Positions 37,180 to 46,356 of a stretch of DNA of 64,000 nucleotides are shown here, piece after piece; the first letter of the stretch is position 1, and each line of letters starts with the position of its first letter. Below the pieces are notes generated by a model. The model was not told where the DNA came from. It searched no databases and saw nothing but the letters and a program-made list of their open reading frames with translations. This DNA comes from an uncultured Smithella sp. (GTDB lineage Bacteria; Desulfobacterota; Syntrophia; Syntrophales; Smithellaceae), in the NCBI GenBank assembly GCA_964547345.1, contig CAZJMX010000006.1:41187-105186 (forward strand). The letters are read 5' to 3'. The position numbers and the translations under genes are program-made.

Positions 37180-38386
37180 AAAACTCTATATTGTTTTAAT
37201 GGGGCTCCCCGCCCGCGGCAAATCCACACTGGCCGTTCGCCTGAAGGAGGCTTTCCGCAAGGATTCCATCGCCACGCGTATTTTCAATAATGGCAACCTG
37301 CGGCGGATTTACCGTCCCCTTGAAGAGACATCGTCCGCCGAATTTTATTCTCCGGCTAATCTGGCCGCCGTGGAACTTCGAAAAAAATTCGCCCGCATGA
37401 ATATGGAAAGGGCGAAGGCCTATCTGCGCAATTCCGGTCAGGTGGCCATTCTGGATGCAACCAATGCGGGTCGTATCCGCCGGGAAATGATTGAACAATA
37501 CCTCGACGACCATCCCCTGCTGTTTATCGAGTGCATCAATGACGACGAGGGCATTCTCGCCTGGAGCATTCTGGAAAAAACAAAGCTTCCCGAATTTCAG
37601 CACATGGAGCGCAATAAGGCCGAAGATGAGTTCATCAAGCGTATCGCCTACTACAAAACGATTTACACACCGCTTAAAGCAGAACGCAATTATGTCCGTC
37701 TGGAATCTCTCCAGAATAAAATTATCGAGGAGAAGCATACCGACGCGATTCCCCTTTATGCGCGTCTGCGCGATTACCTGGTGACCGACGAAGTCAAAAA
37801 TCTTTTCCTGATCCGGCATACGCAAACGGAGCATAATATTGTAGACCGCATCGGAGGAGATCCCGGTCTCACCCCAAGAGGAAGAGAACAGGCGGAAGCG
37901 CTGGGGCAGTTTTTCGCCAAACGGAAAATATCCTATATCTTTACCAGCAGCAAACTAAGAACCAAGCGGACCGCGGAGGCCATCGCCGACAAGCAGAATA
38001 AGTGCCTCATTATCTCGCTTCGGGAGTTTGACGAAATCAACGCCGGAATCTGCGAGGGCATGACCTATGCCGAAATCGAACATCAAATGCCTCAGGTGTT
38101 CCGACAGCGGGAAACCAACAAATATACCTATGCCTATCCGGAAGGCGAGAGTTACGCGACGATGAAGACGAGAATCGAAGAGGGCATCAAAAAAGCATTC
38201 TTCCTCAATCGCGGCGCGGACAATGTGATGATTGTCGGACACCAGGCCGTCAACCGGATGATTCTGTCGCATTTTCTTTATCGCCGCCAGGAGGATGTCC
38301 CCTATATCTATATTCCACAGAATCGTTTTTATCACATTGCCTCTACGCAAAATAAGAAATTATTTGAACTCAAGCGCTATAATTAG
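37169..38386 (+). CDS. bifunctional 6-phosphofructo-2-kinase / fructose-2,6-bisphosphatase-like protein
   Basis: Kinase half: MGLPARGKS, AILDATN, FIECIND. Histidine-phosphatase half: LIRHTQTEHN..RIGGD, EINAGICEGMTY, YPEGESY, GHQAV. Confidence 0.88.
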   Translation: MSDEKLYIVLMGLPARGKSTLAVRLKEAFRKDSIATRIFNNGNLRRIYRPLEETSSAEFYSPANLAAVELRKKFARMNMERAKAYLRNSGQVAILDATNAGRIRREMIEQYLDDHPLLFIECINDDEGILAWSILEKTKLPEFQHMERNKAEDEFIKRIAYYKTIYTPLKAERNYVRLESLQNKIIEEKHTDAIPLYARLRDYLVTDEVKNLFLIRHTQTEHNIVDRIGGDPGLTPRGREQAEALGQFFAKRKISYIFTSSKLRTKRTAEAIADKQNKCLIISLREFDEINAGICEGMTYAEIEHQMPQVFRQRETNKYTYAYPEGESYATMKTRIEEGIKKAFFLNRGADNVMIVGHQAVNRMILSHFLYRRQEDVPYIYIPQNRFYHIASTQNKKLFELKRYN

Positions 38387-38524
38387 TCTTTCCGAAGGAG
38401 AGCCCCACCGCAGGCAGCACCTTGCGCTTCGCATTTCTTTTCCCCTTGCACTTGAACGTCAATGCTCATATACTTGCGCAAAATACATAATGGATATCCA
38501 CAGGATTTCTTAAGGAGGCAAAAC

Positions 38525-38971
38525 ATGAAAAAAACAATCATCATTTCAATAGCGTTCATTTTCAGCATGGCGTTTACAATAGCCGGCTGGGCGGCGGATC
38601 CGTCCATTACAGGGGTATGGTCGTTGCCGATTCTTAAAGGCAAGGACAAAGGCAAAGAAAGATCGCAAATCGAAATATTCGAAAAAGACGCAACGGTCTA
38701 CGGTAAAATTGTGAAGCTTCCCCCCGGAACCCCCGCCGACGCCCTGTGCACAACCTGTAAGAAAGAGCGGAAAGACAAACCGCTGATGGGCATGCTGATT
38801 CTCTGGGACATGAAAAAAGAGGCAGGCCGTTATGCTGAAGGTAAGATTTACGATGTTGATGAGGGCAAAGACTACAAAAGCAGCATGACGCTCGTATCAC
38901 CTGATAAACTGAAAGTTACCGCTTGTCTGTTGTTTCTCTGTGAAAGTCATTACTGGACAAGGGTGAAATAG
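38525..38971 (+). CDS. DUF2147 domain secreted protein
   Basis: Signal peptide; GKIVKL..C..C..PLMGMLIL and GKIYD..GKDYK motifs. Confidence 0.8.
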   Translation: MKKTIIISIAFIFSMAFTIAGWAADPSITGVWSLPILKGKDKGKERSQIEIFEKDATVYGKIVKLPPGTPADALCTTCKKERKDKPLMGMLILWDMKKEAGRYAEGKIYDVDEGKDYKSSMTLVSPDKLKVTACLLFLCESHYWTRVK

Positions 38972-39000
38972 TTTACAGTATCCGGTTGACGGCTAACAGT

Positions 39001-39053
39001 AAAAAAAAAGGCCCCTCAGTGTTCACCATGAATACTGCGGGGCCTTTTTTTTA
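39001..39053. terminator. bidirectional intrinsic terminator
   Basis: A run, ggcccctcagtgttca...tgaatactgcggggcc stem, T run, between convergent genes. Confidence 0.85.
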
Positions 39054-39057
39054 AGAA

Positions 39058-41142
39058 TTATTTCGAGTAGAAACCTTTGCCTTCCTTTGCCAGTTTTTCC
39101 AGCAAGGGCGAGGGCGTCCAGTATTCGGCGCCGACCATATCCTTATATTTGAGAATGGCGTCATACACTTTTTTCACGCCGACCGTATCGGCATAGAACA
39201 TCGGGCCGCCCAGGTAGATCGGGAATCCGTAACCATAGAGCCAGACCACGTCGATATCCAGGGGCCGCGCGGCAATGCCTTCTTCCAGAATCTTCGCACC
39301 TTCGTTGATCATGGAGTAAATCGCGCGTTCAATAATTTCCTGATCCGAAATGGCACGGCGTGTAATACTCACTTCCTTGGAGTGATTGATAATCAACTCC
39401 TCGATCATGGGATCGGGTGTGGCATTTCTTTTTTCATCGTATTTATAGAAACCTGCGCCGGTCTTCTGGCCGAAGCGCCCCATCTCGCAGATCTTGTCAA
39501 GAATCGTGTTCTTCTGCTCGCGTGGCGTGAGCGAGTCAAACTTGGCTTTGCGGTTGCGCCAGCCGACATCGAGTCCTGCCATATCGCCCATTGCATAGGG
39601 CCCCATCGGGAAGCCGAAGTTGTAAATGACTTTATCAATCTGCCAGGGAAGCGCACCCTCTTCCAGCATGAAGCCGCATTCGCGCGTACGCTTGGCCAGC
39701 ATGCGGTTGCCGACAAAACCGTCGCACACACCGACCAGCACCGGCACTTTGCCGATGGTCTTGCCGACCTTCATGGCCGTGGCGTAAACATCAGGCGTTG
39801 TCTTTGCGCCGCGCACATTTTCCAGAAGCCGCATTACGTTGGCGGGACTGAAGAAATGCATGCCCATGACATCCTGAGGACGTTTGGTGATGTTGGCGAT
39901 GTCGTCAACATTCAGATAGGATGTATTGGATGCGAGAATGACACCCGGTTTACAAACGGCATCGAGCTTGGTGAAAACTTCCTTCTTAATGGCCATGTCT
40001 TCAAACACGGCTTCGATCACCAGATCGACATCTTTCAAATCTTCATAAGCCAGCGTGGGTTTGATGAGCGACAGGCGCTTGTCCATGACTTCCTGCTTGA
40101 GGCTGCCTTTGGCTACGGTGTTGGCGTAATTCTTTTTGATCACGGCCATCCCTTTGTCGATAAATTCCTGTTTGACGTCCAGCAGAACGACCGGAATGCC
40201 TGCATTGACAAAGCACATGGCGATGCCGCCGCCCATGGTTCCCGCACCCAGGATGCCGACGGATTTGATGTCGCGTGTGGGCTGATCATCGGGTAGCCCC
40301 GGAATGCGGACGACTTCACGTTCGGCAAAGAAAACATGCCGCTGTGCTTTGGACTGGTCGGAGGCCTGTAATTCCGTAAAGATGGCGCGTTCCCGTTTCA
40401 TGCCTTCGGCGAAAGGCAATTCCGTGGCCGCCTTAACGGCTTCGATGCACTTGAACGGCGCGATGTAACCGCGTGATTTGCGGGAGATGCTTTTAGCAAA
40501 ATCTTCAAAAACAGTCGGGGAGTCGGCTTTCGCCTGAAGCTGGCTGACTTTACGGATCGGCAGTTTTTCGGCAACAACTTTTTTAGCCAGGGCCATCGCC
40601 GCCGCCTTCAGATCGCCATCAACGACTTCATCAAGAATGCCCATGGCTTTGGCTTTAGCTGCGGCAACCGGTGTGCCCGAGGTTATCATTTCGAGGGCCG
40701 CCTGCACACCCGCCACGCGGGGCAATCTCTGCGTTCCGCCCGCACCGGGAAGAAGCCCCAGTTTGACTTCGGGAAGGCCGACTTTGGCGCTTGAAAGCGC
40801 AATGCGGAAGTGACAGCTCAGGGGGATTTCAAGACCGCCGCCCAGAGCAGTTCCGTGAATCGCCGCAACAACCGGCTTAGGAGAATCTTCGATAAACTGG
40901 CAGACGTCCGGCAGAAAAGGTTCCAGGGGCGGTTTGCCGAATTCGCGGATATCCGCGCCCGCAATAAACGTGCGGCCTTCGCAAATAATCAGCATAACTT
41001 CAACATCCTTATCGGCAATGCCTTTTTCGATCCCTGCCTTGATCCCGGCGCGAACGGCCTGCGACAGGGCGTTGACCGGTGGATTATTAACGGTGATTAA
41101 ACCAATGTTACCTTCTTTGGAAAACGCGACGATTTCTGCCAT
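39058..41142 (-). CDS. fatty-acid beta-oxidation multifunctional enzyme (enoyl-CoA hydratase / 3-hydroxyacyl-CoA dehydrogenase)
   Basis: [39 protein letters not shown] and GFVGNR motifs. Confidence 0.95.
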   Translation of the reverse strand: MAEIVAFSKEGNIGLITVNNPPVNALSQAVRAGIKAGIEKGIADKDVEVMLIICEGRTFIAGADIREFGKPPLEPFLPDVCQFIEDSPKPVVAAIHGTALGGGLEIPLSCHFRIALSSAKVGLPEVKLGLLPGAGGTQRLPRVAGVQAALEMITSGTPVAAAKAKAMGILDEVVDGDLKAAAMALAKKVVAEKLPIRKVSQLQAKADSPTVFEDFAKSISRKSRGYIAPFKCIEAVKAATELPFAEGMKRERAIFTELQASDQSKAQRHVFFAEREVVRIPGLPDDQPTRDIKSVGILGAGTMGGGIAMCFVNAGIPVVLLDVKQEFIDKGMAVIKKNYANTVAKGSLKQEVMDKRLSLIKPTLAYEDLKDVDLVIEAVFEDMAIKKEVFTKLDAVCKPGVILASNTSYLNVDDIANITKRPQDVMGMHFFSPANVMRLLENVRGAKTTPDVYATAMKVGKTIGKVPVLVGVCDGFVGNRMLAKRTRECGFMLEEGALPWQIDKVIYNFGFPMGPYAMGDMAGLDVGWRNRKAKFDSLTPREQKNTILDKICEMGRFGQKTGAGFYKYDEKRNATPDPMIEELIINHSKEVSITRRAISDQEIIERAIYSMINEGAKILEEGIAARPLDIDVVWLYGYGFPIYLGGPMFYADTVGVKKVYDAILKYKDMVGAEYWTPSPLLEKLAKEGKGFYSK

Positions 41143-41320
41143 ATGACTATCTCCTTTTAAGTTATTATTTGACCAGAGGGATGGCATGAAGCCGGCGTTT
41201 TGTCAAGATGCCAGGCCCCTTATTTCAGGGAGATTTCCCATAATGCTTTCTTGATAAGATCAAGGAAATGAGGTACTTTAAACAAAAAAGCAAAATGCAC
41301 AAGGATCAAGGATATAAGCA

Positions 41321-41665
41321 ATGATGTTTTATAAAAAAAGTAATGAGGGCTATTATTCGCGGGTTAAAGGCATTGATCAGAAGACGCTGGCCTATGGCGA
41401 CAGAACATTAATTGCAGAATTCCGGCTGAAAAAAGGCAGCCTTCTGCCAGTGCATTCCCATCCCAATGAACAGACGGGTTATCTGATCAGCGGTCACATG
41501 ATCTTTCTGGTAGGTAACGAGCGATATGACACGCTTGCTGGCGACAGCTGGTGCATTCCGGCAGGCGTCGAACACAGCGCAGAGATTATCGAAGATTCAG
41601 TGGCCGTCGAAGTGTTTTCGCCTGTGAGGGAGGATTACTTGCCGGACAAGAAGTGCTATGTTTGA
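41321..41665 (+). CDS. cupin domain protein
   Basis: HSHPNEQ and IPAGVEH motifs. Confidence 0.9.
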   Translation: MMFYKKSNEGYYSRVKGIDQKTLAYGDRTLIAEFRLKKGSLLPVHSHPNEQTGYLISGHMIFLVGNERYDTLAGDSWCIPAGVEHSAEIIEDSVAVEVFSPVREDYLPDKKCYV

Positions 41666-41689
41666 TTATATTGAAAGGAGACATCGGCC

Positions 41690-42457
41690 ATGAAACAGAT
41701 TTCATTGACGCCCGCTGCGGGCAAAAGGCTGATCGGCAAAGGCATCGCCAAACATCCGGAAGTCCTCACGGCCATGAAGGCTGGGACAGTTGTCATCATT
41801 GCCGGAACGACCAATGGCTATGTGGCCGAAGAGCTGCTTGCCACCATCGGGCAGGCGCATGACTTCAGTAAAAAAAGGTTTTTCCGCGGCATCGTTTTGC
41901 CTCCGGCACGCCCGAAAAAAGAAGACGGCAGACTTCCCGATGAAAGCAGTTTTCCGGGCGACGTCGTCATCCAGGACGGCGTCTGGCAAAAGGGTAAAAC
42001 TATTTTTGACGTTGTCGGTAACTTAAAGGAAAACGATGTCATTTTAAAAGGCGCAAACGCTGTCCATTTGGAATCCGGACGGGCAGCGGTCCTGATCGCA
42101 CATCCGCAGGCGGGAACCGTCGGCGCATCTTTGCCCGCCCACTATGGCCGACGCGTGAGGCTGATTCATCCGGTCGGTCTGGAAAAACGCATCTCCGGAA
42201 ATCTGGACAGACTTGCGGCGCAAATCAATGAACCGGGCGCTCACGGCCCGAGGCTCTTGCCCGTACCTGGGGAAGTGTTTACGGAGATCGACGCCATCGC
42301 CATGCTTACGGGCGCCAAAGCGCAACTGATTGCAGCCGGAGGCGTGGGCGGTGCGGAAGGAAGCATCTGGCTTGCCATCAGCGGGGATGCCGCCCAGGAA
42401 AACGGCGCGATGGCTTTAATTCAGTCGGTGGCAGGAGAGCCGGCGTTTGAGCTATAG
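41690..42457 (+). CDS. conserved hypothetical protein
   Basis: AGGAG RBS; long ORF with [19 protein letters not shown] and PVGLEK motifs; function not recognised. Confidence 0.75.
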   Translation: MKQISLTPAAGKRLIGKGIAKHPEVLTAMKAGTVVIIAGTTNGYVAEELLATIGQAHDFSKKRFFRGIVLPPARPKKEDGRLPDESSFPGDVVIQDGVWQKGKTIFDVVGNLKENDVILKGANAVHLESGRAAVLIAHPQAGTVGASLPAHYGRRVRLIHPVGLEKRISGNLDRLAAQINEPGAHGPRLLPVPGEVFTEIDAIAMLTGAKAQLIAAGGVGGAEGSIWLAISGDAAQENGAMALIQSVAGEPAFEL

Positions 42458-42461
42458 AAAA

Positions 42462-42489
42462 CCAGAGGCCAGAGGTCAGAGGTCAGAAA
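42462..42489. repeat. heptamer tandem array (YCAGAGG)
   Basis: ccagagg|ccagagg|tcagagg|tcagaaa. Confidence 0.75.
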
Positions 42490-42502
42490 TGGGAGAAGTA
42501 TT

Positions 42503-42706
42503 ATGCCGGTTGTGAATGTAAAAATTGTTAAGGGAAGAAGCATCGAACAGAAGCGCAACCTCGTGGCCGCTGTTACGGACGCGGTCGCCAAAACGATAGA
42601 TGTCAAACCCGAAGCCGTCTGGGTCTTAATCGAAGAATACGAGCGTGAAAACTGGGCCGCCGGCGGCGAGCTTCGCTCGGATATCGCCGTCCGTAGCGGA
42701 AAATAA
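42503..42706 (+). CDS. 4-oxalocrotonate tautomerase family protein
   Basis: Catalytic Pro-1; GRSIEQKR and WAAGG motifs. Confidence 0.92.
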   Translation: MPVVNVKIVKGRSIEQKRNLVAAVTDAVAKTIDVKPEAVWVLIEEYERENWAAGGELRSDIAVRSGK

Positions 42707-42715
42707 GATCTTATT

Positions 42716-43117
42716 TCACGACATTTTCACATCAATCTCGATACTGGGTGGCGCATCCAGAAATTTCTTGACGGAGCAGGTTTGGGCGGCAGCGATGACA
42801 GCCGCCTTGTATTTCTGAGGAAATTCCGGCGGCAAAATGATATCCATCGAGAGCGTCTCCACGCGATGCGTTGTATCATTGCGAATAACGGTTTGCGTGA
42901 GTTTGATTTGGTCTGTGGGGATGGAGCGGGATTGGCAGAAGGATAAAACATAGAATCCGGCGCACATACCAATAGATGCAAGAAAGAGCTCAAAGGGTGA
43001 CGGCGCCGCATTGTCGCCGCCGTCTTCGACAGGCTGATCGGAAAGAACGGTAAAACCGCGAAAATGTCCATCCACTTTTTTATTGCCCGGAAAAGTTATT
43101 TCAAATTTTTCTTCCAT
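42716..43117 (-). CDS. OsmC family protein
   Basis: DQPVEDGG..PSPFELFLASIGMC and a C-terminal CSV. Confidence 0.88.
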   Translation of the reverse strand: MEEKFEITFPGNKKVDGHFRGFTVLSDQPVEDGGDNAAPSPFELFLASIGMCAGFYVLSFCQSRSIPTDQIKLTQTVIRNDTTHRVETLSMDIILPPEFPQKYKAAVIAAAQTCSVKKFLDAPPSIEIDVKMS

Positions 43118-43153
43118 TCGTTTATCTCCTCAATCATTGATCACAGACCTGCT

Positions 43154-43744
43154 TCAAGGAAAGAATTTATCAATGTCCCGGCTGACCAAGTCAAGCCAAT
43201 GCTTGCGCTGATGCTCCGTGCTGGTCACCATAACATTGAACATCCGGCGGTGAAAGGCGGGAATGCCGCACAGGCCGAAAATGCAATTCCCCCATATCGT
43301 CTCCAAAGGATCTCCGAAAACATCTTTCTCTCTTTGAGATTCGGTATTGGATGTATTAAAAACCAGCGCCGCTTTTGCTTTGAGCAAACCATGGGGAACG
43401 CCCTCCCCTGCATCCCCCTCCAGAAACTCATAAGCAACTCCGGGACGGATCACGCGATCCACCCAGCCCTTAAGGATCGCCGGTGGCTGCCCCCACCAGT
43501 TAGGGTGCACGATCACTATGCCATCCGCCGAGGCAATTTCTTCACAATGCTGCCTGATAAAATCGGGCAAGACAGTGTCTTTGGCGATTTCTGCGCAGCC
43601 CAGGAGCGGATCGAATTTCTCCGAATAAAGATCATGAAAGAAAACCGCATGTCCTTTTACTTTTAGCGCCTCAACCGCCGTTTGTGCAATGGCAGAGTTG
43701 AAGCTCACCCGATCAGGATGGGCCAGGATTAGTGAGATTTGCAT
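43154..43744 (-). CDS. NAD(P)H-dependent oxidoreductase (flavodoxin_2 / quinone reductase family)
   Basis: AHPDRVSFN, DLY and PNWWGQPPAILKGWVDRV motifs. Confidence 0.9.
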   Translation of the reverse strand: MQISLILAHPDRVSFNSAIAQTAVEALKVKGHAVFFHDLYSEKFDPLLGCAEIAKDTVLPDFIRQHCEEIASADGIVIVHPNWWGQPPAILKGWVDRVIRPGVAYEFLEGDAGEGVPHGLLKAKAALVFNTSNTESQREKDVFGDPLETIWGNCIFGLCGIPAFHRRMFNVMVTSTEHQRKHWLDLVSRDIDKFFP

Positions 43745-43929
43745 ATTGATGTTCCTTTTTTATGTCCGCCACCAGCGGGGAACATTACCCCTAAGTTCAA
43801 TCACTGCCTGTCCATATAAGACAGTCTCGGAGACCGGTATCCAGGAATATTAATTTATCATTCAATGTATTTTATTTATCACCGATTTCCCCGATCAGCA
43901 ATGGGGATTGATCATTACGTCACCATCAA

Positions 43930-45402
43930 TTAATCCTGCTTATGCTTGATTACAGTCAGCATAAGCAGGCTGATCAAACCGATAATGCACAACCAGGCAA
44001 ATGTATTTCCAATCACCGAATAAATTGTAAAGACTGATTTCATCGGAATATCGGCCAGCATGATTCTTTTGTTTGACGTGAAATAATTCTGTTTGGCGAT
44101 AATTCTCCCACAATAATCGGCTGCTATTGAAAGTCCTCTGCCGGTTGGCTTCAAGATGGAAAAACCGTTTTCAATCGCCCGGAAAACAGCCATGCGGGAA
44201 TGCACGGGGGTAAGCGTTGTTCCATCGAAGGAGGGAACAAGAAAAAGGCCCACATCATTATCGGCCGATCGGACGTAGCGGGGATGGTCGTTGTCAAAAC
44301 AGATGACGGACGCGATTTTCCCGTAAGGCGTTTCCTCCGTGGGAATCTCCTTGTTGCCTTTTTTGAAGTAGGGTTCTTCTACCATCGGCACCAGATAACT
44401 TTTTAGATATTTCCATTTAATCTTCCCCTCCGGATCAATCAATATGGATACATTCTCGCCCTTTTCTATATTGTCTTCATCCAGGATGCCGGCGGTGAGA
44501 AGCAAATACACATCTTTTTTATCTGCAATTTTTTGCCCATGCTTAACATAGGCATCGATATCCTCATCTGAAATCAAATCGGCGTATTCCTGCCAGGCAA
44601 TGATCTTTGCGCCCGCGTCAGCGGCTTTGACCGTTTTTGCTTCCAGCACCGCAAGAGATTCCTGAAGATTGAACAGGGATTGTCCCGGAATCTCGCCCAT
44701 GATTCTGGCCAAAGCATGGGCAGGAGTCGTCACGGCGGCCACGCGGACTGTTTCGGCAGGTTTAATCAAAAGCAGGCGAGCACCACCATAGAAAAAGACC
44801 GCCACCAGGACACACAAGTAAATCGCACCGACCCTCTTGATTCGATTGAAAACAAACCCATTTTCCCAGCAGTAATTGATGGTCGATGCAAACCAGGTTA
44901 TTAAAAAAGCAATCCCCCAGATGCCCGTGATGGACACAAGCTGCATCAGGGGCAAATTGCCGTATTGCGTGTAGGCGAGAGAGCCGTATGTTCCGTTACC
45001 GGGACGAAACGACATGGCGTATCTCATCACAATAAATGCGATTGGAAATATCAATGTTGACAGAAGACCCGACAAGCGATGAAACATAAGTCTGTCGGCA
45101 AGGTAAGGCAATGCCAGAATGAAGGACGGAATAAGATAATAAAATAGTTGCATCGGCAGCGGCACCGACGCCGGGTATAGTCCATACCAGGCAATGCATG
45201 AAGCTATCGTCATTACAACCACGGCTGCAAGATAACCGATTAGAGGTGTTTGCTGTCTTACAAAGCGTAGAAGTAAAGGCAGGGCAATCCAGGGCGCCAA
45301 AGCAAACGCCCACTGTCCGTCGGAAAAGATCATGAAGCCAAAGGACAGGGCCAGCCAGAGCCATGACCATTGATTTGTTCGTTGAATTTCGGGTCGTTGC
45401 AT
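43930..45402 (-). CDS. membrane-bound nitrilase-superfamily protein, apolipoprotein N-acyltransferase-like
   Basis: Multi-TM N-terminus with QLVSITGIWG; E-K-C triad in WQE, YLKSYLVP and ICFD; RAIENG. Confidence 0.8.
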   Translation of the reverse strand: MQRPEIQRTNQWSWLWLALSFGFMIFSDGQWAFALAPWIALPLLLRFVRQQTPLIGYLAAVVVMTIASCIAWYGLYPASVPLPMQLFYYLIPSFILALPYLADRLMFHRLSGLLSTLIFPIAFIVMRYAMSFRPGNGTYGSLAYTQYGNLPLMQLVSITGIWGIAFLITWFASTINYCWENGFVFNRIKRVGAIYLCVLVAVFFYGGARLLLIKPAETVRVAAVTTPAHALARIMGEIPGQSLFNLQESLAVLEAKTVKAADAGAKIIAWQEYADLISDEDIDAYVKHGQKIADKKDVYLLLTAGILDEDNIEKGENVSILIDPEGKIKWKYLKSYLVPMVEEPYFKKGNKEIPTEETPYGKIASVICFDNDHPRYVRSADNDVGLFLVPSFDGTTLTPVHSRMAVFRAIENGFSILKPTGRGLSIAADYCGRIIAKQNYFTSNKRIMLADIPMKSVFTIYSVIGNTFAWLCIIGLISLLMLTVIKHKQD

Positions 45403-45603
45403 ACTTAGTCATTCTTTCACATATCATGCCTCGGACAACCCGAAGCCGCATCCTCATACCATACCCGAGATCATCTTAAAACCTCTGATATGGCATTCTG
45501 GAACAATCTTCAAAGTCCTCAGATACCATCATGGATTATTATCATTTAATAAGGAGCCACAAATCATTTGAATCGGCAAAAGATACTTCTGCAGACCGGA
45601 AGA

Positions 45604-46254
45604 TTAATCCAGTGCTTTTTTAAGATATTTCATAAAATCGGCGCGGGGAATTTCTCTCGCGCCGAATCGTTTCATATGATCTGTCGTGACTTGACAGTCG
45701 ATGAGCTCAAAATCTTTTTCCGCAAGCGCTGCGGCATACGTGGCAAAGGCGACCTTGGATGCGTCGCTCTTTTTTGCAAACATGGATTCTCCGAAAAAGG
45801 CCCTGCCCATCATTACGCCGTAAAAACCACCGGCCAGTTCATCGCCATCCCACGCCTCGACAGAGTGAGCATAACCGGCCTGGTGCAACCTGACATAGGC
45901 CGCGATCATTTCCTTGGTGATCCATGTGCTTTGTTCACCCTTTCTGCTGATGGTGGCACAGTTTCTTATAACCTCTTCAAAGGCGACATTACTTGTGACG
46001 CGAAAAATGCTTTTTTTAATGGTCTGCCGCAGGCTGCTTGAGACCTTCAGATCCTTCGGGAAAAGAATGAGGCGCGGGTCAGGTGACCACCAGAGGATGG
46101 GATACTTGTCAGAATACCACGGGAAGATCCCCATGGAATAGGCCAGCACCAGCCGATCAACGCTCAGATCGGCGCCTACCGCAAGCAAACCGTCGTCGTC
46201 GGCCCGTTCGGGCGGCGGGAAAACAAGTTTTTTAGTCAATTTATAAACGGGCAT
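45604..46254 (-). CDS. aat: leucyl/phenylalanyl-tRNA--protein transferase
   Basis: AYSMGIFPW, WWSPDPR, FFGESMF and IDCQV motifs. Confidence 0.96.
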   Translation of the reverse strand: MPVYKLTKKLVFPPPERADDDGLLAVGADLSVDRLVLAYSMGIFPWYSDKYPILWWSPDPRLILFPKDLKVSSSLRQTIKKSIFRVTSNVAFEEVIRNCATISRKGEQSTWITKEMIAAYVRLHQAGYAHSVEAWDGDELAGGFYGVMMGRAFFGESMFAKKSDASKVAFATYAAALAEKDFELIDCQVTTDHMKRFGAREIPRADFMKYLKKALD

Positions 46255-46291
46255 ATGGTTTTTTCATGCAAATTATAATACGGATCAACTC

Positions 46292-46319
46292 AGAACAAGG
46301 GGTTGCAACCCCTTGTTCT
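46292..46319. repeat. REP-like perfect palindrome, copy 1
   Basis: agaacaaggggttg|caaccccttgttct; 26-bp core identical at 58755-58780. Confidence 0.85.
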
Positions 46320-46356
46320 CTCGTGCATCGCACCTTGAATTCGGGCAAAGAATCAT

